Origin: Pirellulales bacterium | Lineage (GTDB): Bacteria; Planctomycetota; Planctomycetia; Pirellulales; JAICIG01 | Direction: 5' to 3' | Length of the DNA stretch: 64,000 nucleotides | Assembly (NCBI GenBank): GCA_040901675.1 | Contig: JBBDYJ010000011.1 | Span: forward strand, 64,001-128,000 | Part shown: positions 29,205 to 38,652 of the stretch, in pieces | How positions within the stretch are numbered: the stretch's first letter is position 1 | How the letters are laid out: the number at the start of each line of letters is the position of its first letter | Notes under the pieces: model-generated | The model's database searches: none | The model's input: the letters and a program-made list of their open reading frames with translations, nothing else | Told to the model about the DNA's origin: nothing | Translations under genes and position numbers: made by a program

Positions 29205-30539
29205 ATGACACCCGACAAGGCCCAGGCCTGGTTCAAGGAGCATGGCGTCAAGTTCGTGCTGGCCCAGTTCGTCGACATCCACGGAGTCGCCAAGGCCAAG
29301 GCCGTGCCCGTAAACCATTTCGACGACGTGCTGGGCGCCGGGGCCGGCTTTGCCGGCTTCGCGGTCTGGGGGTTGGGACAGGAGCCACACGACGCCGACT
29401 ACATGGCCGTGGGCGATCTTTCCACGTTGTCGCTGCTCCCCTGGCAGCCCGGCTACGCCCGCATCGTCTGCAATGGCGTGGTCGATGGGCGGGCCTGGCC
29501 CTACGACACGCGCTACATCCTCCGCCGCCAGGTGCAGCGGCTCTCCGAGCGCGGCTGGACCATCAACACGGGCCTCGAGCCGGAGTTCATGCTTCTCTGC
29601 CGGCGGCCCGACGGCTCGTTCGGCCCGGCGGACCAGAGCGATGCCTTGGACAAGCCCTGCTACGACTACAAGGGCCTCTCGCGCAGCCGGGCCTTCATCG
29701 AAAAACTGGTCGAGTCGCTGACCCAAATCGGCATCGACGTCTACCAGGTCGATCACGAGGATGCCAACGGACAGTTCGAAGTCAACTTCACCTATAGCGA
29801 CGGACTCACCTCGGCCGATCGCATGGTGCTGTTCCGCATGGCGGCCGGCGAGATCGCCCGCGGCCTAGGCTGCATCTGTTCGTTCATGCCCAAGCCCTTG
29901 GCCAACCGCACCGGCAGCGGCATGCACATGCACATCTCCCTGGCCGACGGCAAGACGCCCAACCTCTTCCAGGACGACTCGGACCCTAAGCATCTGGGAC
30001 TATCGGACCTGGCATACCAGTTTTTGGGCGGACTGCTGGCCCATGCACCGGCCCTGACCGCGCTGGCCGCTCCTTCGGTCAATTCCTACAAGCGCCTGGT
30101 CGTAGGCCGGTCGTTTTCGGGCGCCACCTGGGCTCCGGCTTACATCTCGTATGGGGCGAACAACCGCACGTCGATGGTCCGCGTCCCGTTCGGCCGCTTG
30201 GAGCTACGGCTGACCGACTCCAGCGCCAACCCCTACCTGGCCACCGCCGCGGTGATCGCGGCGGGGCTGGACGGCATCGATCGCCGGCTCGATCCGGGCG
30301 AGCCGCACAATTTCAACCACTATACGCTGGCGCCCGAAGAGCTCGCCCGCCGCGGCATCGGCGTGTTGCCGCAGAGCTTGCACGAAGCGCTGGTCGCCCT
30401 GGAACAAGACCCGTTGTTCGCCGAGGCGCTGGGGCAGGAGTTCCTGCGCGAGTTTATCGCCTTGAAGCGGATGGAGTGGGTCGAATACCACCGGCATGTC
30501 TCCGATTGGGAAGTCAACCGCTACCTGGAGTTCTACTAA
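29205..30539 (+). CDS. gmaS: Gamma-glutamylmethylamide synthetase (glutamine synthetase-like, GlnT type)
   Basis: [56 protein letters not shown]; located between mgd and mgs genes. Confidence 0.88.
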   Translation: MTPDKAQAWFKEHGVKFVLAQFVDIHGVAKAKAVPVNHFDDVLGAGAGFAGFAVWGLGQEPHDADYMAVGDLSTLSLLPWQPGYARIVCNGVVDGRAWPYDTRYILRRQVQRLSERGWTINTGLEPEFMLLCRRPDGSFGPADQSDALDKPCYDYKGLSRSRAFIEKLVESLTQIGIDVYQVDHEDANGQFEVNFTYSDGLTSADRMVLFRMAAGEIARGLGCICSFMPKPLANRTGSGMHMHISLADGKTPNLFQDDSDPKHLGLSDLAYQFLGGLLAHAPALTALAAPSVNSYKRLVVGRSFSGATWAPAYISYGANNRTSMVRVPFGRLELRLTDSSANPYLATAAVIAAGLDGIDRRLDPGEPHNFNHYTLAPEELARRGIGVLPQSLHEALVALEQDPLFAEALGQEFLREFIALKRMEWVEYHRHVSDWEVNRYLEFY

Positions 30540-30541
30540 GC

Positions 30542-31438
30542 ATGTGCGGCATCGTGGGGCTCTTGATCAAGGATCCGTCGGCCGGCGACTCGCTGGGCAA
30601 GCTGCTGCTGCCGATGTTCGAGTGCATGGCCGAACGCGGGCCCGACTCGGCCGGCCTGGCGGTCTTCGGCCCACCGCCGCCGGGCGCCCAGCGGCGCTAC
30701 AGCCTCTTCTTTCCGGGCGGCACGTTCGATTGGCAGCAACTGGCCCGCTCGTTTACCGCTCAAACCGGCAAGCACTGTGAGATCCGCTGCCAGGCAAACC
30801 ACGCCGTGCTGATGGCCGACGTCGAGCCCGCGGAACTGAAGTCCTGGCTCGACGAGTGCGATCCGGCGCCCTACCTGCTCTCCGCCGGGCGATCGATGGA
30901 CGTTTACAAGGACGAGGGGCACCCGGCCGCCATCGCCAGGCAATACCGCTTCGATCAGCTCACCGGTAGCCACTGCGTGGGACACACCCGCATGGCCACC
31001 GAGTCGGCCGTCTCGCCCGCCCATGCACATCCCTTCACCGCCGGCGAGGACTTTTGCCTCGTCCACAACGGCTCGCTCTCCAATCCATACATGCTCCGGC
31101 GCAAGCTGGAGGCCGAGGGGCTCACGTTCGAAACCGATAACGACACCGAGGCGGCCTGCCGCTGGATCGAGTGGCGGATGCGGCAGGGCGAAGGGCTGGA
31201 CCAGGCGCTGCACTCCGCGGCCAGCGAGCTCGACGGCTTTTACACGCTGCTGATGGCCACCGCCGGCCAGCTCACCCTGGTCCGCGATGCCTTTGCCTGC
31301 AAGCCGGCCGTCGTGGCGGAAACTCCCGGGTACGTGGCCATCGCCTCGGAGTTCCGCTCGCTGGCCCACCTGCCCGGCATCGAGGAGGCCGACATTTTCG
31401 AGCCGCTGCCGGAGGAAATCTATTCATGGAAACGCTGA
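30542..31438 (+). CDS. mgsA: N-methylglutamate synthase subunit A (class II glutamine amidotransferase)
   Basis: N-terminal MCGIVG (Ntn Cys), RGPDSAG, GHTRMATES, HNGSLSN, NDTE. Confidence 0.88.
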   Translation: MCGIVGLLIKDPSAGDSLGKLLLPMFECMAERGPDSAGLAVFGPPPPGAQRRYSLFFPGGTFDWQQLARSFTAQTGKHCEIRCQANHAVLMADVEPAELKSWLDECDPAPYLLSAGRSMDVYKDEGHPAAIARQYRFDQLTGSHCVGHTRMATESAVSPAHAHPFTAGEDFCLVHNGSLSNPYMLRRKLEAEGLTFETDNDTEAACRWIEWRMRQGEGLDQALHSAASELDGFYTLLMATAGQLTLVRDAFACKPAVVAETPGYVAIASEFRSLAHLPGIEEADIFEPLPEEIYSWKR

Positions 31439-32136
31439 CTTCAGATCGAGAGCTGGTCCGGCTCGACCTGGCCTCTCTCGGCGTCCGCCGATTGAACGAT
31501 TATCTGCACCATGAGCTGCCGCGCTGCGGCGCGCGCCGCGTCGAGATCGTCAACCCCGCCGGCCAGCACAATATCGCCGTCGGCCTCGACTGCCCGGTCC
31601 AGCTCGATGTCCGCGGGCACGGCGGCTATTTTCTGGCCGGAATGAACAAGCAGGCGCAAGTCACCGTCGATGGCAGCGTGGGTTGGAGCGTGGCCGAGAA
31701 CATGATGTCCGGCAGCGTCCGCGTGCGGGGCAACGCCTCGCAGTGCGCCGGCGCTTCGGCGCACGGCGGCCTGCTGGTGATCGAGGGCAACGCCGCCAGC
31801 CGCTGCGGCATTTCGATGAAAGGCTGCGACATCGTCGTGGGGGGCAACGTGGGGCACGTCTCGGCGTTCATGGCCCAGGCCGGCCGGCTGCTCGTTTGCG
31901 GCGACGCCGGCGCCGGGTTGGGCGACTCGCTGTACGAAGCCGTGATTTACGTCGCCGGCCGCATCCAGGGCCTGGGAGCCGATGCACGCGAAGAGCCGAT
32001 GACCGCTGAGGACTTCCAGCAGGTCGCCGAGCTGCTCCGCCGCGCCGGCCTGGCGGGCGACCCGCGGCGCTTCAAGCGCGTGGCCTCCGCCAGGACGCTC
32101 TACCACTGGAATGCCGACGCGCATCAGGAGTACTAG
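31426..32136 (+). CDS. mgsB: N-methylglutamate synthase subunit B (GltB/FwdC GXGXG domain)
   Basis: VAENMMSG, GNASQCAGASAHGG, RCGISMKG, SAFMAQAG, LGDSLYEA. Confidence 0.88.
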   Translation: METLTSDRELVRLDLASLGVRRLNDYLHHELPRCGARRVEIVNPAGQHNIAVGLDCPVQLDVRGHGGYFLAGMNKQAQVTVDGSVGWSVAENMMSGSVRVRGNASQCAGASAHGGLLVIEGNAASRCGISMKGCDIVVGGNVGHVSAFMAQAGRLLVCGDAGAGLGDSLYEAVIYVAGRIQGLGADAREEPMTAEDFQQVAELLRRAGLAGDPRRFKRVASARTLYHWNADAHQEY

Positions 32137-33478
32137 CTTCGTGCCGCACCAAGAACACCGCGAAGAAAGCTATTCCTTCAACCGCCACGTGCTGGCGTAC
32201 ATCCAGCAGGCGGCCGAGCACGGGCTGTACGAGATCCGCGGCCTGGGCGCCAAGCGGGCTCTGCCGACGTTCGACGACCTGGTGTTCTTGACCGCGTCGC
32301 TGTCGCGCTATCCGCTCGAGGGCTACCGCGAAAAATGCCTGACCCGCACCGTGCTCGGCACCCGCCACGCCAAGAAGCCGATCGAGCTGGACATCCCCAT
32401 CACCATCGCCGGGATGAGCTTCGGCGCGCTTTCGGCCCATGCCAAGGAAGCGATCGGCCGGGCGGCAACCGAGATGGGCACCTCCACCACCACCGGCGAC
32501 GGCGGCATGACCCCCGAAGAGCGCGAGAGCTCCAAAACGCTGATCTACCAATGCCTCCCTTCCCGCTACGGCTTCAACCCCGACGACCTGCGCCGGGCCG
32601 ACGCCATCGAAGTGGTCGTCGGCCAAGGCGCCAAGCCGGGCGGCGGCGGCGTCCTGCTGGGGCAGAAAATCAGCCCCCGCGTGGCCGCCATGCGCACGCT
32701 GCCCGAAGGCATCGACCAGCGATCCGCCTGCCGGCATCCCGACTGGACCGGCCCTGACGATCTGGCCATCAAGATCGCCGAGCTGCGCGAGATCACCGAC
32801 TGGCAGGTGCCCGTCTACGTCAAGATCGGCGCGTCGCGCGTCCCTAACGACGTCAAGCTGGCCGTCAAGTCCGGCGCCGACGTGGTGGTGGTCGACGGCA
32901 TGCAAGGGGGCACGGCCGCCACGCAGCAGGTCTTTATCGAGCACGCCGGCATCCCCACGCTGGCCGCCCTGCGGCAGGCGGTCGAAGCGCTCGAGGAAAT
33001 GAACGTGGTCGGGCAGGTGCAGTTGATCATCTCCGGCGGCATCCGCACCGGCGCCGACGTGGCCAAGGCCCTGGCCATGGGCGCCGACGCGGTGGCACTG
33101 GGCCAAGGAGTGCTGATGGCTCTGGGGTGCAACAGCCCCACTTACGGCCCGCCGGGCGAGCGGACCGACGTGACGGCCGACTACCACCAGCTTGGTGCGG
33201 CGCCCGGCTATTGCCACCATTGCCACACCGGCCGCTGTCCGGTTGGGATTACCACGCAGGACGATTTGCTCTCCGAGCGGCTGCCGCCTGCCGAAGGGGC
33301 ACGGCGATTGCAGAACTACCTGAGCGTCATGAACATGGAGTTGACCACGCTGGCCCGCGCCTGCGGCAAATCGAACGTGCACCACTTGGAGCGTGAAGAC
33401 CTGGTCGCCCTGACGATCGAGGCTGCCGCCATGGCCCGCCTTCCGCTGGCCGGCACCAATTGGATCCCCGGTTCGTAG
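32111..33478 (+). CDS. mgsC: N-methylglutamate synthase subunit C (FMN-binding glutamate synthase domain, 3Fe-4S)
   Basis: GMSFGALS, TTTGDGGM, GQGAKPGGGG, SACRHPDW, CHHCHTGRCPVG. Alternative GTG start at 32141. Confidence 0.9.
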   Translation: MPTRIRSTSFVPHQEHREESYSFNRHVLAYIQQAAEHGLYEIRGLGAKRALPTFDDLVFLTASLSRYPLEGYREKCLTRTVLGTRHAKKPIELDIPITIAGMSFGALSAHAKEAIGRAATEMGTSTTTGDGGMTPEERESSKTLIYQCLPSRYGFNPDDLRRADAIEVVVGQGAKPGGGGVLLGQKISPRVAAMRTLPEGIDQRSACRHPDWTGPDDLAIKIAELREITDWQVPVYVKIGASRVPNDVKLAVKSGADVVVVDGMQGGTAATQQVFIEHAGIPTLAALRQAVEALEEMNVVGQVQLIISGGIRTGADVAKALAMGADAVALGQGVLMALGCNSPTYGPPGERTDVTADYHQLGAAPGYCHHCHTGRCPVGITTQDDLLSERLPPAEGARRLQNYLSVMNMELTTLARACGKSNVHHLEREDLVALTIEAAAMARLPLAGTNWIPGS

Positions 33479-33480
33479 TA

Positions 33481-36372
33481 ATGACCAATGACCAGTCCCT
33501 CGAAGAGTATCAACGCAAACGCCACTTCGAGCGAACGCCGGAGCCCAAGGCCGCGGCCGGCAAGGCCAAGAAGAAATCCGCCACGAAGGCCAAGCGCAAG
33601 TCACCGAAAAAGCCTGCCAAGCCGCGGTTCGTCGTCCAAAAGCACGCTGCCCGGCGGCTCCACTACGACTTTCGCCTCGAAATGGAGGGCGTGCTCAAGA
33701 GCTGGGCCGTACCCAAAGGTCCCAGCCTCGATCCCAAACAGAAGCGGTTGGCCGTCGAGGTCGAGGACCACCCGATCGAGTACGGCGACTTTGAGGGCGT
33801 GATTCCCGAAGGCGAGTACGGCGGCGGGACGGTCATCGTCTGGGACCGCGGCGAGTGGACGACCGACGGTGACCCCGTCGAACAATACAAAAGCGGCAAG
33901 CTCAAGTTCCAGTTGCACGGCCAGAAGCTCCAAGGCGGCTGGACGCTCGTCCGCATGCCGGCTCGTTCCGGCGATCGCTCGCCGAACTGGCTGTTGATCA
34001 AGGAGCGCGACGAGGCGGCCCGCCCCCTCGCCGAGTTCGACGTCCTCAAGGAGCTGCCCGACAGCGTGGTCAGCGGCCGCAGCTTGGACGAGGTCGCTCA
34101 GCAGCGCGACCGCACCTGGCACTCGAAACGCAAGTCGGCCCGGTCGCGGCGCATGCCGCCCCGGCTGGCCGCGGCCGCGGAAAAGGCGGTCGCCATCGCC
34201 GAGAAGAAGGTGGCCAAGGCCAAACGCGCCCGGGGGGGCGGGACTGCCGCCAGGGGCCGCAAAAGCCCGGCACTCGACGTGGCTTCGTTGCCTGGCGCCA
34301 AAAAAGCGCCCCTGCCCGAAACGATCAGCGTTCAATTGGCCCGCTTGACCAAGCACCCTCCCGACACCGATCTCTGGCTGCACGAAATCAAGTTCGACGG
34401 CTATCGCCTGATCTGTACGCGCGACGGCGAGCAAACCCGCTTCATCACTCGCGGCCAACAGGACTGGACCCACCGCTTCGGCGCGCTGGTCACGGCGGTC
34501 GAACGTCTCAACGCGCGGCAAGCCGTGCTCGATGGCGAGGTGGTCGCCCTGCTGCCCAACGGCGTCAGCAGCTTCCAGGCCCTGCAGACCGCCTTTCGCG
34601 ATGGCCGCTCGAGCGAATTGGTCTACTACGTCTTCGACCTCTTATATCTCGACGGCTACGACATCCGCCCCGTGCCGCTCGAAAAACGCAAGGAAGTGCT
34701 GAAAAAGCTGCTCGCCTCCGCTACCGGCGGCCGGGTGCGGTACAGCGACCATCTGGAGGGAGACGGCCCCGGCTTCTTCCGCGAGTGCTGCCGCACGGGC
34801 CTCGAGGGCACTGTCTCCAAGCGTCGCGACCGGCCCTACGTGGCAGGCCGCGGCGGAAGCTGGCTCAAGGCCAAGTGCGTCCGGCGCGAGGAGTTCGTGA
34901 TCGGCGGCTTTACCGAGCCGGCCGGCTCCCGCAAGGGACTGGGGGCGCTCCTGGTCGGCTACTACGACAAGCGAGGTCTCGTCTATGCCGGCCGAGTGGG
35001 CACCGGCTTTTCCGACGAGCTGCTCGACGACCTGCGGCGGCGGCTGGAAAAGATCGAGCGGGCCGACTCCCCCTTCGTCAACTTGAGCGCTCGCGCCGCC
35101 GGCCGCGGCACGCACTGGGTAAAGCCCGAACTGGTGGCCCAGGTCGAGTTCAGCAACTGGACCGACGACATGCAACTGCGCCATCCTTCGTTTCAAGGCC
35201 TGCGCGAGGACAAGCCGGCTCGGCAAGTGACTCGCGACGCCGTGTTTGAGGACCCATCAGCGGATTCCGAACCAACGCGGAGCAACGGAAAGATGTCCGA
35301 CTCGAAACCAGCCACCTCCAAACAGGCCCAGTCCAAGTCGGCCCAGTCCAAGCAGGCCCAGTCCGGGTCGGCCCAGTCCAAGTCGGAAAAATCGTACACC
35401 CGATCCAAGGCGACGAAGCGTACCGGCAAGAACGTGCAGCAACCCGCCCCGACGCCGCTCGCGCAAAACAACCAGCCCGACCTCAAGCTGCTGGATGGCT
35501 TGCGCCTCACGCACCCCGAACGCGTGCTCTACCCCGGCCAGGAAATCACCAAGCTCGGCCTGGCCGCGTTCTACGTTCAGATCTCAGGCTGGATCCTGCC
35601 GCACCTCAGGGGGCGGCCGCTTGCGATCGTGCGCTGCCCCGAAGGCTACGGCGAGGCCTGCTTTTTCCAGAAGCACGCCCGCCCCGGCATCCCAGCCACC
35701 TTGCGCCGCGTGCCCGTGAAGGAAAAAGACAAAACCGCCCACTATCTGGCGGTCGACGACCTGCCGGGGTTGATCGGCATCGTGCAGATCGGCGGCCTGG
35801 AGATTCATCCCTGGGGCGCGCGGGACGACGACCTGGAGCATCCCGATCGTCTGATCTTCGATCTCGACCCCGACCCGGCCGTAAGTTGGCCGCGCGTGAT
35901 CGACGCGGCCTTCGAGCTGCGCGACTTTCTAAACACGCTCGGCCTTGCCAGCTTCGTGAAGACCACGGGAGGCAAGGGGCTGCACGTGGTGGTGCCGATC
36001 CAGCGCCGCCACGAGTGGCCCGATGTCAAAACCTTTGCCAAGGCCGTTGCGGAGCACGTCGCCGGCCGGGCCCCCAAAGAGTACATCGCCACCATGTCGA
36101 AGGCCGCCCGCCGCGGCAAGATTTACATTGACTACCTCCGCAACGAGCGGGGCGCCACCGCCGTGGCCGCCTATTCGACGCGAGCCCGGTCCGGCGCGCC
36201 TATCTCGACGCCGCTGGGCTGGGACGAGTTGACCGCTGCGATCCGCTCCGATCATTTCAACGTCGAGAACCTTCCCGACCGGCTGGCCAGCCTCCAGCGT
36301 GACCCTTGGGAGGACCTCTTCAACCTGCGTCAATCCATCACCGCCGCCGCCCGCAAGCAACTCGGCCTGTAG
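33481..36372 (+). CDS. ligD: NHEJ DNA ligase D (phosphoesterase-ligase-polymerase)
   Basis: FVVQKH.A.RLHYDFRLE (phosphoesterase), HEIKFDGYR (ligase), RCPEG...FFQKH, FDLDP, KTTGGKGLH, DYLRN (polymerase). Confidence 0.95.
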   Translation: MTNDQSLEEYQRKRHFERTPEPKAAAGKAKKKSATKAKRKSPKKPAKPRFVVQKHAARRLHYDFRLEMEGVLKSWAVPKGPSLDPKQKRLAVEVEDHPIEYGDFEGVIPEGEYGGGTVIVWDRGEWTTDGDPVEQYKSGKLKFQLHGQKLQGGWTLVRMPARSGDRSPNWLLIKERDEAARPLAEFDVLKELPDSVVSGRSLDEVAQQRDRTWHSKRKSARSRRMPPRLAAAAEKAVAIAEKKVAKAKRARGGGTAARGRKSPALDVASLPGAKKAPLPETISVQLARLTKHPPDTDLWLHEIKFDGYRLICTRDGEQTRFITRGQQDWTHRFGALVTAVERLNARQAVLDGEVVALLPNGVSSFQALQTAFRDGRSSELVYYVFDLLYLDGYDIRPVPLEKRKEVLKKLLASATGGRVRYSDHLEGDGPGFFRECCRTGLEGTVSKRRDRPYVAGRGGSWLKAKCVRREEFVIGGFTEPAGSRKGLGALLVGYYDKRGLVYAGRVGTGFSDELLDDLRRRLEKIERADSPFVNLSARAAGRGTHWVKPELVAQVEFSNWTDDMQLRHPSFQGLREDKPARQVTRDAVFEDPSADSEPTRSNGKMSDSKPATSKQAQSKSAQSKQAQSGSAQSKSEKSYTRSKATKRTGKNVQQPAPTPLAQNNQPDLKLLDGLRLTHPERVLYPGQEITKLGLAAFYVQISGWILPHLRGRPLAIVRCPEGYGEACFFQKHARPGIPATLRRVPVKEKDKTAHYLAVDDLPGLIGIVQIGGLEIHPWGARDDDLEHPDRLIFDLDPDPAVSWPRVIDAAFELRDFLNTLGLASFVKTTGGKGLHVVVPIQRRHEWPDVKTFAKAVAEHVAGRAPKEYIATMSKAARRGKIYIDYLRNERGATAVAAYSTRARSGAPISTPLGWDELTAAIRSDHFNVENLPDRLASLQRDPWEDLFNLRQSITAAARKQLGL
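35326..35385 (+). repeat. In-frame 15-bp tandem repeat x4 in the LigD linker (AQSKS/AQSKQ/AQSGS/AQSKS)
   Basis: GCCCAGTCCAAGTCG-like units at 35326, 35341, 35356 and 35371. Confidence 0.85.
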
Positions 36373-36388
36373 CGGTCTTCTCCGTATC

Positions 36389-36413
36389 GTAGCAGGACTC
36401 GCCAGAGTTCTGG
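36389..36413. repeat. REP-like family C copy
   Basis: GTAGCAGGACTCGCCAGAGTTCTGG, matching 22298 and 22325. Confidence 0.8.
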
Positions 36414-36417
36414 CCGT

Positions 36418-36497
36418 GTCGCCCAGCGACCACACTAACCCGACGCGCCAGCGAGAGGCAGTCGCCCCAGCGACCAAACCAACCCGACGCGCCAGCG
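36418..36497. repeat. Tandem ~36-bp direct repeat (..CAGCGACCA.AC.AACCCGACGCGCCAGCG) x2
   Basis: Copies at 36418-36453 and 36461-36497. Confidence 0.75.
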
Positions 36498-36622
36498 CTT
36501 GGAAACCCGGCCCTGAGCCTCGTGCACCTTGGGTTCGCGTCCCCTTACAATTCCACATGAAACTTTGTACACAAACTACCTTGCAATCCGCCCGCCAGCC
36601 GGGGTAGAACACTCGTATCTGG

Positions 36623-36704
36623 CTGCCTTCTGACCTCTGCCTTCTGACTGTGCCGCAGGTCCAGGCGGAACCTCTGACCCTCTGACTCTTGACCTCTGTC
36701 CCCT
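36623..36704. repeat. Degenerate heptamer tandem repeats (CTGACCT/CTGCCTT) upstream of the subtilase
   Basis: CTGCCTT CTGACCT CTGCCTT CTGACTG ... CTCTGACC CTCTGACT CTTGACC TCTGTCC. Confidence 0.6.
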
Positions 36705-36714
36705 CGCCTCTCCC

Positions 36715-38082
36715 ATGAAAAAGCCACGTCGAAAAGCAACCGCAAGTCGCAACAGCACCTCTTTGCCGCCCCGCCGCCAGCCGCCCCAGCGGCCCCAACC
36801 GCCGCCCGCCGTCGGCGAGGGGTTGACCGGCCGCTACCTGGTCACCTTCCGCGACCAGGAGACCGAAGAAGGCATCCGCCTCCTGGGCCGCTCCGTCGGG
36901 GCCGCCCACGTGGCCCGGACCTCCGACTTTGCCGCCGGCGCCCCCGCCATGCGCGAGCTGGAACAGGCCGACGCCGTCGTCTTCGACAAGCTGGGAGTGG
37001 CCGTGGTCAGCGCCCCGCCCGATGCGGCACAGTTCCTAGCCGCCATCGAGGAGGCGCCGGCCATTCAAAGCATCGAGCCGGAGCGGATCATGCACGCCTT
37101 GTCGGCCGGACCCATCGGACCCGGCGTCGTGCTTCCCCCCGCCGGCCCATCGCTGGAATACCTCCGCGGCTACCGCGACGGCGTGAACGCGCTTTTCAGC
37201 CAACTCTCCGGCGGATCGGGCGGCTTGGCGCTGGCTGAGCCCTATGCCGCCTTTGCCGACACCGACCAGGCCACCTGGGGCCTGCAGGCGACCCGCGTCG
37301 TCGATTCTCGCGCCAGCGGCCGCTCGATCCGCTTAGCCGTGCTCGACACGGGAGTCGACTTGCGCCATGCGGACCTGGCCGGGCGGGCCATCGAGAGCGA
37401 GTCGTTCATCAGCGGCGAGCCGCCCCAGGACGGCCACGGGCACGGGACGCACTGCATCGGCACCGCCTGCGGCCCTCGCCGGCCCGCCGACACACGGCGG
37501 TATGGCGTGGCCTACGGCGCGCGGATTTTTGCCGGCAAGGTGTTGAGCAACGCGGGCAGCGGCGCGGACACGGGCATTCTGGCCGGCATCGACTGGGCCG
37601 TCACCAACCGCTGCCAGGTGATCTCGATGTCGCTGGGCGCCACGGCGCCCCCCTCGGAGGCTTACGAGACGGTCGCTCGCCGGGCGATGGCCGCCGGGAC
37701 GTTGATCATTGCGGCGGCCGGCAACGAGGGGAGCCGGGCGATCAGCCGGCCGGCGAACAGCCCTTCGATCATGGCGGTCGGGGCGTTGGACTCCGCTCTG
37801 CGCGTGGCGGAGTTCTCGAACTGGGGAGCGCCCTCCTGCGGTGGCCAGATCGACATGGCCGCTCCGGGGGTTCACGTCTATTCCGCCTGGCCCGAGCCGG
37901 CCCGTTACCGCACCATCAGCGGCACCAGCATGGCCACGCCCCACGTGGCCGGCATCGCGGCTCTCTGGTCGCAAACCCGCAAGATCACCGGCGCCGCTCT
38001 TTGGCAGGCCCTCACCGCCAGCGCCCAGCGCTTGCCCCAGCCCTCGCTCGCCGTCGGCGCCGGCCTGGCTCAGGCCCCCTGA
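36715..38082 (+). CDS. S8 family (subtilisin-like) serine peptidase with N-terminal propeptide
   Basis: Catalytic triad VLDTG, HGHGTH, GTSMATPHVAG; oxyanion AAAGN; no obvious signal peptide. Confidence 0.93.
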   Translation: MKKPRRKATASRNSTSLPPRRQPPQRPQPPPAVGEGLTGRYLVTFRDQETEEGIRLLGRSVGAAHVARTSDFAAGAPAMRELEQADAVVFDKLGVAVVSAPPDAAQFLAAIEEAPAIQSIEPERIMHALSAGPIGPGVVLPPAGPSLEYLRGYRDGVNALFSQLSGGSGGLALAEPYAAFADTDQATWGLQATRVVDSRASGRSIRLAVLDTGVDLRHADLAGRAIESESFISGEPPQDGHGHGTHCIGTACGPRRPADTRRYGVAYGARIFAGKVLSNAGSGADTGILAGIDWAVTNRCQVISMSLGATAPPSEAYETVARRAMAAGTLIIAAAGNEGSRAISRPANSPSIMAVGALDSALRVAEFSNWGAPSCGGQIDMAAPGVHVYSAWPEPARYRTISGTSMATPHVAGIAALWSQTRKITGAALWQALTASAQRLPQPSLAVGAGLAQAP

Positions 38083-38148
38083 GCCGAGCACTACCTCAAA
38101 CAGCCCATGCGAAATCGACAGAATAGACCGAAGGACTTGACCACGAGT

Positions 38149-38652
38149 TCAGTGTCTTTCCAAAACATCGGATATACCAAGCTCGGGATCCTGCGCCTCT
38201 CCGCATAGCGCGGTTCTCACCTGGGGAAGGCCAAAAAAAAGACGAAGCAAATTATCCATTGAGCGTGATTGAATCTGGGTTTCGGTCAACCATCGGGATA
38301 GGGTCGCCTCAGCTATGCCCAGGCGCCGAGCGACCTCCTTCTGCGAAAGCTCTAACCTTTCCAACGCGCTGCGGATCTCACTCGGCTCCAACAGATTCAG
38401 ATGCGATCGGAGCGCCTTGTTGATCTGCCCATCGACATCTGCCGTAAATACCTCCTCGCCACAGGCACTGCAGACGGGAAGTCGGAGATGCGGTACTTCG
38501 AACTGGTGCAAGCGCCCGTCGTGCCGGACCTCAGCCTGGTAACACGTTGTCGACATCCTCACTGCCTTCTCTCCGCAGCGGCGGCAGCGCCACGGGAATG
38601 GTCGCTCCGCGTTGAAAGGGCGCTTTGGCTGTTGGGAAGCGCTACTGGCCAT
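38149..38652 (-). CDS. MqsA-type antitoxin (zinc finger + XRE HTH)
   Basis: CRRC...CSAC zinc finger; LSQKEVARRLGIAEATLSRW HTH; QIQSRSMDNLLRL. Confidence 0.85.
   Translation of the reverse strand: MASSASQQPKRPFNAERPFPWRCRRCGEKAVRMSTTCYQAEVRHDGRLHQFEVPHLRLPVCSACGEEVFTADVDGQINKALRSHLNLLEPSEIRSALERLELSQKEVARRLGIAEATLSRWLTETQIQSRSMDNLLRLFFGLPQVRTALCGEAQDPELGISDVLERH

Noticed and set aside
29205..33478. Housekeeping glnA plus fragmented gltB pseudogene
   Set aside because: The three glutamate-synthase-like ORFs are intact, coupled, and match the MgsABC domain split.
36418..36497. 36-bp direct repeats as a mini CRISPR array
   Set aside because: Only two copies about 7 nt apart, with no spacer-length unique sequence and no cas genes.
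36582..36597. Sigma54-like site TGGCGGGCGGATTGCA on the minus strand
   Set aside because: Weaker match, and it points antisense into the ligD 3' end with no gene to drive.
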